Source: Deltaproteobacteria bacterium
GTDB lineage: Bacteria > Myxococcota_A > UBA9160 > SMWR01
Length of the DNA stretch: 27,551 nt
Assembly (NCBI GenBank): GCA_032128115.1
Contig: JAQBHB010000046.1
Coordinates: forward strand, 1 to 27,551
Direction of reading: 5' to 3'
This document shows, one piece after another, positions 8,613 through 17,039 of the stretch (position 1 is the stretch's first letter; each line of letters begins with the position of its first letter). Under the pieces are notes generated by a model. The model did no database searches. It saw only the letters and a list, made by a program, of their open reading frames with translations, and was not told the DNA's origin. Made by a program: the position numbers and the translations under genes.

Positions 8613-8711
8613 CGACCCCAGGACGGGCCCCATGGACCACGAGTCAACCTTCGTGAGTATCGGTGAGCCTTTAGAGCGACTTGAGCGACCGCGTTACGGT
8701 TCCTGGGGTCG
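8613..8711. repeat. Perfect 11-bp inverted repeat with 77-bp spacer in the divergent intergenic region
   Basis: CGACCCCAGGA (8613-8623) and its reverse complement TCCTGGGGTCG (8701-8711). Confidence 0.8.
8657..8684 (-). promoter_or_regulatory. Candidate sigma28/FliA-type promoter for HTH-pilMNOPQ
   Basis: Minus strand TCAA-N16-ACCGATAC versus consensus TAAA-N15/16-GCCGATAA. Same spacing as the copy upstream of pilB. Confidence 0.55.
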
Positions 8712-8795
8712 CGGGTTCATGTCTCCCCCAGGCAGGACATCGGCAGATCCAGGGGCTCGCCCAAGGTTCCATAAGGGTCCTCGCCGCCAGGCGGC

Positions 8796-8823
8796 TCACG
8801 CTATTGCATGGGGCTTCCGATAC
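8796..8823 (+). promoter_or_regulatory. Weaker sigma28-like promoter match before the + strand response regulator
   Basis: TCAC-N16-TCCGATAC, ending 10 nt before ATG 8834, which lacks a Shine-Dalgarno. Confidence 0.3.
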
Positions 8824-8833
8824 CGCCGTCACG

Positions 8834-10195
8834 ATGTCCGGTCGAATCCTGGTGGTGGACGACGACGAGGCCCTCCGAGAGAGCCTGACCCTGCTGCTGT
8901 CTGCGGAGGGCTACGAGGCCGTTCCGGCCGCGGACGGCGACCAGGCCCTCAGCCTGGTGGACGACGCCCCCTACGACGCGATCCTGTGCGATCTGCGCAT
9001 GCCGGGCCTGGACGGCCTGGAACTCCTGCCGCAGCTCGCCCGCCGCCTGCCGGGCGCCACGATCATCCTGATGTCGGCCTACGGGACTGCGGACCTGGCG
9101 ATCGAGGCCATGAAGCGCGGCGCCTACGACTATCTGTCCAAGCCCTTCCAGCCGTCCGAGGTGCTGCTCATCCTGCGCAAAGCCCGGGAGCGCGAGCGCA
9201 TGCGTCTCGCCAACCAGCTTCTGCGCCGAGACGTCCAGCGCGTGGTGGGGGAGCGTCCGATCGTGGCGGCGTCGCCGGTCATGATCGACCTGCTCGAGGT
9301 GATGGAGCGGGCCGCCGCGTACAAGTCCACGGTGCTCCTCATCGGAGAGAGTGGAACCGGGAAGGAGGTGCTGGCCCGGGCGATCCACGCCCAGTCGCCG
9401 CGCCGCAACGAGGCCTTCGTGGCCATCAACTGTGGCGCGATCCCCGAGACCCTGCTGGAAAGCGAGCTCTTCGGGCACAGCAAGGGGGCCTTCACCGGCG
9501 CGGATCGCGCCCGCCGCGGCCTCTTCGTCGAGGCCCATGGGGGCACGATCTTCCTGGACGAGATCGGCGAGCTGCCGTCGCCCCTGCAGGTGAAGCTTCT
9601 GCGGGTGCTCCAGGAAGAGGAAGTGCGCCCCCTGGGCGAGACCAAGTCGCGGACGGTGGACGTGCGCGTGATCGCAGCGACTTCGCGCGACCTGGACGCC
9701 GACGTGAAGGATGGGCGTTTCCGCGAAGACCTCTTCTACCGTCTCAACGTGGTACGCCTGACGGTGCCGCCTCTGCGCGAGCGCCCCAAAGACATCCCGC
9801 TCCTGGCAGACCACTTCTTCGCGCACTTTCGCGACACCCTGGGCAAGCCGCTCCAGGCGCTGACCGACGACGCGCTGGAACGCCTGGTGGCCTACTCCTG
9901 GCCCGGGAACGTCCGGGAACTCGAGAATGTGATGGAGCGGGCCGTGATCCTGGCTACCGGCGACCGCATCTCGCAGCGCGAGCTTCCGGAGAACGTGATC
10001 AGTCCCGAGACCGACTCCACGCTGGGTCCCAACCAGGATCTGTGCATGAAGCGGGCGCGGCGCTCCCTGGAAGCCGACCTGATTCGCCGGTCCCTGCGCG
10101 CCACGGGTGGCAACCGCACCCATGCGGCTCGGCTGCTCCAGATCAGCCACCGGGCCCTGCTCTACAAGATCAAGGAATACGCGATCCGGGACTAG
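8834..10195 (+). CDS. Sigma54-dependent NtrC-family response regulator (PilR2-like by position)
   Basis: Receiver ILVVDDD..CDLRMPG..YLSKPF; AAA+ GESGTGKE, ELFGHSKGAFTGA, FLDEIGE, FREDLFYRLNV, WPGNVRELEN; Fis-type HTH GNRTHAARLLQIS. Start placed at ATG 8834, not the ORF-track 8681. Confidence 0.95.
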   Translation: MSGRILVVDDDEALRESLTLLLSAEGYEAVPAADGDQALSLVDDAPYDAILCDLRMPGLDGLELLPQLARRLPGATIILMSAYGTADLAIEAMKRGAYDYLSKPFQPSEVLLILRKARERERMRLANQLLRRDVQRVVGERPIVAASPVMIDLLEVMERAAAYKSTVLLIGESGTGKEVLARAIHAQSPRRNEAFVAINCGAIPETLLESELFGHSKGAFTGADRARRGLFVEAHGGTIFLDEIGELPSPLQVKLLRVLQEEEVRPLGETKSRTVDVRVIAATSRDLDADVKDGRFREDLFYRLNVVRLTVPPLRERPKDIPLLADHFFAHFRDTLGKPLQALTDDALERLVAYSWPGNVRELENVMERAVILATGDRISQRELPENVISPETDSTLGPNQDLCMKRARRSLEADLIRRSLRATGGNRTHAARLLQISHRALLYKIKEYAIRD

Positions 10196-11230
10196 GGCCC
10201 CTGCGGCGCCGGCGCTGCCGGAATCGCGCCCGCGCCCGGCTCGGCGGGCGCAGCCACCACCACCTGGAAACGCTGGATTCCCTGCCCTCCCTCGGGATCC
10301 TCGACCACCACCTCGACCGTGTGGCTCCCGGCCTGGTCGGCTCGGGGACGCCACTCGATCGAAGTGCCCCGCGAGGCCATCAGCATGCCCTCCGGTGCCG
10401 TACCCAGGCTGTAGCGAAGCGGCCGGTCCCCATCGGGATCCTCGGCGCGCACCTCGTACCGGAAGACGCCATCCGATCCCGGGGGCCGAAGGCTTCGAAA
10501 CGATCACCGGCACCCCGTTGGCCAGGACGATCACGTCACTCTCCATCGCCTCGCTGAGGTCCTCGCCATCGCTGCCGGTCACCCTCACCCGGATGCGGTC
10601 GCCCCGCCGCAGACCCACCGTTGACAGAGCCGGGCCCTCTTGATCCACGGTGGAGTCGTTCACCCACCACAGGTAGCGATACGAGATCGGGTCGTCGTCC
10701 AGATCCACGCCCTCCGGATCGACCGCGATCTCGTGACCCGCCGACACCGCCCCTTCCGGTTCGATCGCGAGCCCCCGGATCAGGGGCGCGCTGTTCTCCA
10801 GCAGCGTAGCCGCGCGGAAGGTCTCGCTGCGCGAGCGCCCATCGCTGGCGACAACGGCGAGTTCGATGGGATCTCCCTTCTTCGCCCCAAGGAGATTCAG
10901 GGTTGGACCACCACCCGCAAGCACGCTGTCTCCCACCCGCCACGAGTACTCGTACGCGATCACCCCCCCCTCGGGATCCTCGGCTTCGACCGTGGCGGTT
11001 ACACTCTGCCCCGCCTTCGGCCAAGGGGGATCGAATCGCACGGACACGATGCGAGGCGCCTGGTTCTCGTGCTGGGTCCATTGCTCCGCCTCGCGACCCG
11101 GTCGAGCCGCGTCGGGATTGCGACTGGCGTGCGGATCCATGCTCCGCCCGCTGGCCCGCCTCGAGGCGTCCTCGCCACAACCCGCCAGCGGCATCAGCAG
11201 AATCAGTGCGGATCCCATCCAACGATTCAT
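10192..11230 (-). pseudogene. Lipoprotein with three Ig/cadherin-like beta repeats, split by a one-base frameshift (pseudogene or sequencing error)
   Basis: ATG 11230 overlaps the kinase stop (ATGA). [18 protein letters not shown] lipobox. Repeats NQAPRI..AEDPEGG..YEYSW, NSAPLI..VDLDDDPISYRYLW and NGVPVIVS|..FRYEVRAEDPDGDRPLRYSL..PEGM..IEWRP..VEDPEGG. The third repeat changes frame at CCCCCGGG (about 10478-10485); removing one base gives a 345-aa protein. Confidence 0.85.
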
Positions 11231-12678
11231 GCGTGCCACGATTCCTTCACCTCCTTGGACGCGGCGGGAAGCTGAAGGGCGAACGCTGCGCCGCACAGAT
11301 TCCCGGTCGCTGCGAGCGTCAGGCTCCCGTGGAACTCCTCTGCCAGCCGCTGGGCGTTCGAGAGGCCGAGACCGGTGCCCTCTCCCTGCGGCTTCGTGCT
11401 GAAGAAGGGATCGAAGATTCGCTCCCGGTCCTCCGGTGCGATTCCGGGACCGTTGTCCTCCACGGTACAGACCACCGCTACTCGCTCCCGATCGCCCTCG
11501 CCCGCTCGCCGGCGAGGCACTGCGCCCACCGTCACGCGAATCCGTGGCTCTGGAACTTCCGTGCACACGGCGTCCGCGGCATTGAGAAGGAGATTCAACA
11601 CGATCTGGGCGGCGCCTCCCGGATCCACCCAGGCGGCGGGGGGCACGCCTTCGTGTTGGACCTGCACGGCGATCTTCGCGTAGCGCCGCTGGGCCGTTAC
11701 CAACGAGGCCGTCTCCAGGCACAAGGCGTGCAGGTCCACCGCTTCCGGGGTGGCCCGTTGCGGCCGGGCATAATCGAGCAGCTGACACAGGATCGCCCTT
11801 ACCCGCTCGCCCTGGCGCAGGGCCTTTTCCAGATAGCCGTGGCTCTCCGCCTTCAAACCCGGGTCGCGTCTGGCCAGGTCGACGAAAGCCAGCAATGCGC
11901 CCATGGGATTGCCCACCTCGTGGGCCACCCCCGCGGCCAGGCGGCCCACGGCCGCCAGGCGCTCCGCCCGGTCGAGACCCGCGCGCGCCTCCTGGAGGCT
12001 GCGGTTGCGCTCGCTGAGGTCGGCCACGGCGTTCTCCAGCTCGCGGCTGCGACCCTCCAGTGACTCGGTCATATCGTTGAAGGCCTGCGCAACCTCCATG
12101 GTTTCGCGCACGCCATCCACCGGGGCGCGCACTTGCATCTCGCCGGCGGCGTGGGAGCGGGCGGCCTCGGCAAGGCGCAGCAACGGAAGCACCAACCTGC
12201 GTCGCAGCAGGTACGCGCCGAACAGGCTGAAGATGGCCACGTCCGCGACGATCAATCCCACGATCAGTCCGCCGGGTACCGTGGGCGGAAGCCACGCAAC
12301 GGCCACCTCCCCGGGCGCGCCCGTGGGCGATGCGAACCGGGCGCCCGTCCAGGGCGGACCCGTACGAAGCAGGGGCACGCCGAGCCGACGGACCTCGGCG
12401 GCGAGCGCCTCCGTCTCCGGATCCGCCGCCGCGCCAAGGGGCCCCCGGGGCCGCAGCGGTTGGCCCTCTTCGGCGGTCCACCAGCGGATTCCCAGGGGCC
12501 TGGGCAGAAGCCCCGGCGCGGGGTTTCGGGCATCGGCAACCAGGGCACGGGTCATCAGTTCGTGGAAGCGGCGCGCGTCCGCTTCGTGGGTCTTCATCAG
12601 CACGACGCCGAGAAGGCCGACCGCCGTCAGCATGACGACCAGAAGGCTCACGAGGATTTCGACCTGGAGTCCGCGCAT
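11227..12678 (-). CDS. Membrane HAMP-domain sensor histidine kinase (PilS2-like by position)
   Basis: Two TM segments, HAMP ([20 protein letters not shown]), H-box [51 protein letters not shown]. Start placed at ATG 12678, just after the pilR stop. Confidence 0.93.
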   Translation of the reverse strand: MRGLQVEILVSLLVVMLTAVGLLGVVLMKTHEADARRFHELMTRALVADARNPAPGLLPRPLGIRWWTAEEGQPLRPRGPLGAAADPETEALAAEVRRLGVPLLRTGPPWTGARFASPTGAPGEVAVAWLPPTVPGGLIVGLIVADVAIFSLFGAYLLRRRLVLPLLRLAEAARSHAAGEMQVRAPVDGVRETMEVAQAFNDMTESLEGRSRELENAVADLSERNRSLQEARAGLDRAERLAAVGRLAAGVAHEVGNPMGALLAFVDLARRDPGLKAESHGYLEKALRQGERVRAILCQLLDYARPQRATPEAVDLHALCLETASLVTAQRRYAKIAVQVQHEGVPPAAWVDPGGAAQIVLNLLLNAADAVCTEVPEPRIRVTVGAVPRRRAGEGDRERVAVVCTVEDNGPGIAPEDRERIFDPFFSTKPQGEGTGLGLSNAQRLAEEFHGSLTLAATGNLCGAAFALQLPAASKEVKESWHA

Positions 12679-12694
12679 GGGAGCCCACCGTCCG

Positions 12695-14086
12695 TCAGGT
12701 GTCGCCCTGGCTTCGATCATCGAGACCGAGCTTCTCCATCCGGTAGCGGAACGAGCGGAATGAGATGCCAAGCAGTTGGGCGGCGCGTTTCTTGACACCA
12801 CGTGCCGGCCCCAGCGCCTCCAGCAACAGCCCGCGTTCGTATTCAGCCATCAGCGCGTCGAGGTCCACGCCGCCGGGGCCGATCCGACGGACCGCGCTCT
12901 GCTGGGGGGGATCGAGCACGGCGGGCGGCAGTGCATCGACGCCAATCGTGGATTCCCGGGTCAGCGCCACCGCTCGTTCCACCACGTTCTCGAGTTCGCG
13001 GACGTTGCCGGGAAAAGGATGCTCCATCAACAGGCGCATGACGTCTTCACTCACGCCGGCGACGGGCTTCGAAAGCTCGCCCGCGTACTTCTCCACGAAG
13101 TGGGTCACCAACAGGGGAATGTCTTCGCGTCGCTCCCGAAGAGGAGGCATGGGAATCTCGATCACGTTCAGGCGGTAGAACAGGTCCTCGCGGAAGCGCC
13201 CGCTTGCGATCTCCACCTCCAGTCGGCGGTTGGTCGCGGCGATGATCCGCAGGTCCACATTCTGGTCGGCGCTCCCCCCTACGCGACGGATGATCTTGTC
13301 CTGGATGGCTCGCAGGAGCTTCACCTGGAGCGGGAGAGTGAGTTCCGCCACCTCGTCCAGGAACAGCGTTCCCCCATCGGCGCTCTCGAACAAGCCCATC
13401 CGGCTCTGGACGGCGCCGGTGAACGCCCCCTTCACATGGCCGAAGAGCTCCGACTCGAGCAGGTTCTCGGGAATCGCAGCACAATTGACGGCAATGAACG
13501 GCTTTTCGCGCCGCTCACCCCCCTGGTGGACCGCGCGAGCCACCATCTCCTTGCCGGTGCCGCTCTCGCCAGTCAGCAGCACGTTGGCCTTGGTGTCGGC
13601 CACCTGACCGATCACGTCGTAGACCCGCTGCATGGCGGGGCTGTTCCCGATGATCTTGCGGTCGCGCTCGCGGGTCCGCAGCTCGCTGCGCAGGCGACGG
13701 TTCTCGCTGGAAAGAAGTTTCTTCTCCAGCGCTTTCTTCACGATGATGCGGATCTCATCTACGTTGAACGGCTTGGTAATGTAGTCGTAGGCTCCGCTCT
13801 TGAGCGCGGCGATGGCGGTCTCGGTGCTCGCAAACGCGGTCATCATGAGGACCATGGTTTCCGGAGATTGCTCGTGCACCGCGTGGAGCAACTCGATGCC
13901 CGAGCCGCCCGGCATCTGGATGTCGGTCACGACCAGGTCGAAGTCGTCGTTCTCCAGCTGGAGAAGCGCGCTTTCCATGTCGCCGGCGGTTGCGACCCCG
14001 TAGCCTTCGCTGCGAAAAAAGATGTCGAGAAACTCCTGCATGCTGCGCTCGTCGTCGACGACGAGGATGCGCGCCGCGACACTCAC
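12695..14086 (-). CDS. pilR: Sigma54-dependent response regulator PilR
   Basis: Receiver domain, AAA+ (GESGTGKE, ELFGHVKGAFTGA, FREDLFYRLNV) and C-terminal AAQLLGISFRSFRYRMEKLG typical of PilR. GTGA-coupled to pilS. Confidence 0.92.
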   Translation of the reverse strand: MSVAARILVVDDERSMQEFLDIFFRSEGYGVATAGDMESALLQLENDDFDLVVTDIQMPGGSGIELLHAVHEQSPETMVLMMTAFASTETAIAALKSGAYDYITKPFNVDEIRIIVKKALEKKLLSSENRRLRSELRTRERDRKIIGNSPAMQRVYDVIGQVADTKANVLLTGESGTGKEMVARAVHQGGERREKPFIAVNCAAIPENLLESELFGHVKGAFTGAVQSRMGLFESADGGTLFLDEVAELTLPLQVKLLRAIQDKIIRRVGGSADQNVDLRIIAATNRRLEVEIASGRFREDLFYRLNVIEIPMPPLRERREDIPLLVTHFVEKYAGELSKPVAGVSEDVMRLLMEHPFPGNVRELENVVERAVALTRESTIGVDALPPAVLDPPQQSAVRRIGPGGVDLDALMAEYERGLLLEALGPARGVKKRAAQLLGISFRSFRYRMEKLGLDDRSQGDT

Positions 14087-15765
14087 AGGGACGTCTCCGC
14101 CTGCGGCAGCCGCAGCCAGACCGTCGTGCCCGAGCCGACCGTGCTCTCGAGCCGCACGCTACCTCCGTGTTCCTCGACGATGCGATGGACCGTCGCGAGG
14201 CCGAGCCCCGAGCCGTCAGGCTTCGTCGTAAAGAAGGGGACGAAGATCTTCTCGAGGGCCTCGGGCGGGATTCCCACGCCCTCGTCCACCACGGAGATCT
14301 CCGCCCACCGGGACTCTTCCGTTCTCCCGTTTCGGAGCCCGGGGGGCTCGTCTTGAGGTGAGCCACCGGATTCACCGGCTCGGATCTGCAGTCTCCCCCC
14401 CTCCGGCATGGCCTCCGCCGCGTTGCGGACCAGATTCCAGAGCACCTGCCGAAGCTGGCCCGGATCGGCGCACACCGTGAGGCCGGGCGCCATGGCCAGG
14501 TCCAGGCGCACCCCTTCCGGGCGTGCCGCTCCGAACAGTTCAAGCACCTCGTCGACCACCTCGGCCACGGCGACCCTCCGGACCCGCATGGGCCCCGGCC
14601 TCGCGTAGCGCAGGAAATCGGTGATCAGGTGGTTCAGGCGGTCGGCTTCCCGGATGGCAATATCCATCAGCCGGCCCGCGTCGTCGTCCTTGGCGTCGTC
14701 CGGCCGGTTCAGCATCTGGATCGCGCCGGAGATGGCCGCCAGGGGATTGCGAATCTCGTGGGCGATGCTTGCCGACAATTCCCCGATGGCGGCCAGGCGC
14801 TCGGATCGCCGCAGATCCTCCTCCATGGCCACGACCTCGGTCACGTCCTGGAAGATCACCACATATCCAGCCGCCGCCCCCGCATCATCGCGAAGGACAT
14901 AGCCCCCGAGTCCCAGATGGCGCTCCGCGCCCTTTTCGTTCCGGTAGGCGATCCGCGCCCGCGCCGACGTGATGCGCCCCGTTTCCGCCGCTGCCAGAGC
15001 CGCGGCACGCGCTCCCGGCAACACCGCCTCCACGTCCCGGCCCGCGGCGGCGCGCGCCGACAAACCCGTGATGCGTTCGGCCTCTGGATTGAACGAGGTC
15101 ACGCGGCCCGAGCCGTCCGTGGTGAGCAGCCCGCTCATGAGACTGTCCACGATGCAACGGTGGAAGTTCTGGAGTCGGTGGAGGTCGCTGGTGCGCTGCT
15201 GCAGCGCTTCGTCCGACCGCCGCAGCTCGCCGGCCAGGAAACTCGCCAGCACCGCCACCAGGACCACGGCGCCCGCGTGCAGCGCCCAATGCATGAGCAA
15301 CGGCGGCCAGTCGGAAATGCCCGCGAACGCCCCGGACAGCGGGTCCCAGGCCCCAGCCACCAGCACCGAGCCGTAGGCCAGAGCGCTCAGGCCCGCGGCG
15401 ATCACGGCACCGGTGCGCTCGAACAGCACCGCCCCGTAGAACGCCACCAACAGGTACAGGAACGTGAAGACCGACTCGTTGGCCCCTGAAAACAGCACCA
15501 GGGCGCTCACGATTGCGATGTCGGTGGCGATGTTGAGGGCTGCAAACCGCCGCTGCCGTCGGATCCGGGGCAAAACCACGCCGAAGCCGACCGTCGCCAG
15601 GAATCCCAGCGTGACGGTGGCATAGAAGCCGTTCCACCCGGTGACCGTGTTGTGGCCCAGCGCGTCGAGTGTGAGGGCGATGCCCAGGCTGAGCACCGAC
15701 AGGACCAGGCGCGCCGCCATCAGCACGACCAGCCGTCGCTCGAGGCCAACCGCCAGCGGCGACAT
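14083..15765 (-). CDS. pilS: Multi-TM PAS sensor histidine kinase PilS
   Basis: About six N-terminal TM helices (..DIAIVSALVLFSGANESVFTFLYLL..), PAS (SLMSGLLTTDGSGRVTSFNPEAERITG), AHEIRNPL and HATPase motifs; lies between pilC and pilR. Confidence 0.92.
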   Translation of the reverse strand: MSPLAVGLERRLVVLMAARLVLSVLSLGIALTLDALGHNTVTGWNGFYATVTLGFLATVGFGVVLPRIRRQRRFAALNIATDIAIVSALVLFSGANESVFTFLYLLVAFYGAVLFERTGAVIAAGLSALAYGSVLVAGAWDPLSGAFAGISDWPPLLMHWALHAGAVVLVAVLASFLAGELRRSDEALQQRTSDLHRLQNFHRCIVDSLMSGLLTTDGSGRVTSFNPEAERITGLSARAAAGRDVEAVLPGARAAALAAAETGRITSARARIAYRNEKGAERHLGLGGYVLRDDAGAAAGYVVIFQDVTEVVAMEEDLRRSERLAAIGELSASIAHEIRNPLAAISGAIQMLNRPDDAKDDDAGRLMDIAIREADRLNHLITDFLRYARPGPMRVRRVAVAEVVDEVLELFGAARPEGVRLDLAMAPGLTVCADPGQLRQVLWNLVRNAAEAMPEGGRLQIRAGESGGSPQDEPPGLRNGRTEESRWAEISVVDEGVGIPPEALEKIFVPFFTTKPDGSGLGLATVHRIVEEHGGSVRLESTVGSGTTVWLRLPQAETSL

Positions 15766-15777
15766 GTCGGACGCCCG

Positions 15778-16989
15778 CTAGCCGATCGTCTCCGCGATCT
15801 TGAAGATCGGCAGGTACATGGCGATCAGCATGCCGCCGACCGTACCGCCCAGACCCACCATCATCGCGGGTTCCAGCATCGCCGTAAGGGCGTCGACGGC
15901 CGCGTCGACCTCGTCGTCGTAGAAGTCTGCGATCTTGCTGAGCATGGCCTCCATGGCGCCCGTCTCTTCTCCGACGGCAATCATCTGGACCACCATTCCC
16001 GGGAAGACCTTGGATTTCGCCAACGGCTCGGCAATCGTCTTTCCCTCGGAGATGGCCGTCCTCACGTCGTAGAGCGCTTCCTCCACCACCATGTTGCCAG
16101 CGGTCTTCGCCACGATGTCGAGACCTTCGAGGATCGGCACACCACTGGCGATCATCGTCCCCAGCGTGCGGGTGAAGCGCGCCACGGCCACCTTTCGGAG
16201 CAGATCTCCGAAGATCGGAGTCTTCAGGAAAATGGCATCCGTCTGGCGCCGGAACCTGGGAATCCGCTTGCGCGCCTGGGCGAACCCGACCACGATCGCG
16301 GTGACCACCACCAGGAACAAACCGATCCATTCCTGCATGAAGTGACTGATGTTCACCACCAACTGGGTCGGTCCCGGCAGCTGGCCGCCGAAGTCCTCGA
16401 ACATCTTCTCGAACGTGGGGATGATCTTGACCAGCATCAGGACGATCACGCCCATCGCCACCACCAGTACCGTCGTCGGATACACCATGGCGCCCTTGAC
16501 CTTGCGGGCCAGGGCATCGGCCTTCTCCAGGTATACGGCGAGCCGGTTCAGGATCGTGTCGAGAATTCCGCCGATCTCACCGGCCTGGACGAGGTTGACG
16601 TACAGGGCGTCGAAGGGCTTTGGGTGCTTCCGCAGGGCTTCCGCGAAGGTGGAGCCCTGCTCCACATCCGACTTCACATGCATGATGATGTTCTTGAAGG
16701 TCTTGTTGGGCGACTGGGTACCCAGGATGTCGAGACACTGGACGAGGGGCAGACCGGCGTCGATCATCGTGGCGAACTGTCGCGTGAAGATGACCAGATC
16801 CTTGGTCGTGATCTTCTGCTTCAGGAACGGAAGCAGTTCCTCCAGGTTCTTCGCCTTGCCCTTGACCGTGACCGGGAGTAGCGCCTGGGCGCGCAGTTGC
16901 GTGAGAACCGCCGCTTCGCTCGTGGCCTCCATCTCGCCCTTCTTCAGGGCACCCTGTCGCGTCTTGGCCTTCCAGACATAGATCGGCAT
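15778..16989 (-). CDS. pilC: Type IV pilus inner-membrane platform protein PilC
   Basis: FTRQFATMIDAGLPLVQCL, AGEIGGILDTILNRLA, KVKGAMVYP, MIAVGEETG and IAMYLPIF (two T2SSF domains). Confidence 0.97.
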   Translation of the reverse strand: MPIYVWKAKTRQGALKKGEMEATSEAAVLTQLRAQALLPVTVKGKAKNLEELLPFLKQKITTKDLVIFTRQFATMIDAGLPLVQCLDILGTQSPNKTFKNIIMHVKSDVEQGSTFAEALRKHPKPFDALYVNLVQAGEIGGILDTILNRLAVYLEKADALARKVKGAMVYPTTVLVVAMGVIVLMLVKIIPTFEKMFEDFGGQLPGPTQLVVNISHFMQEWIGLFLVVVTAIVVGFAQARKRIPRFRRQTDAIFLKTPIFGDLLRKVAVARFTRTLGTMIASGVPILEGLDIVAKTAGNMVVEEALYDVRTAISEGKTIAEPLAKSKVFPGMVVQMIAVGEETGAMEAMLSKIADFYDDEVDAAVDALTAMLEPAMMVGLGGTVGGMLIAMYLPIFKIAETIG

Positions 16990-17039
16990 CGATCATTCCC
17001 TCCGCCGGAGATCCCGGCTTGCTCGCACTGCGGCCTGGT

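Noticed and set aside
8792..8808. Sigma54-like CGGCTCACGCTATTGCA upstream of the + strand regulator
   Set aside because: The GG-to-GC distance is one base longer than the strict -24/-12 spacing. Similar near-matches upstream of pilB (TGGTGTGCAGGAATGC, TGGAACGGTATCGC) are also mis-spaced.
8592..8833. Possible cyclic-dinucleotide (GEMM-I) riboswitch upstream of the pilM operon
   Set aside because: No GGCAAAC / GCAAA core or GNRA tetraloop-receptor arrangement was visible. An Infernal RF01051 scan would settle it.
8801..12688. 1295-aa minus-strand ORF
   Set aside because: Composite: an off-frame overlap of the kinase, the real lipoprotein N-terminal part (11230 to about 10480), then antisense to the response regulator after the frameshift.
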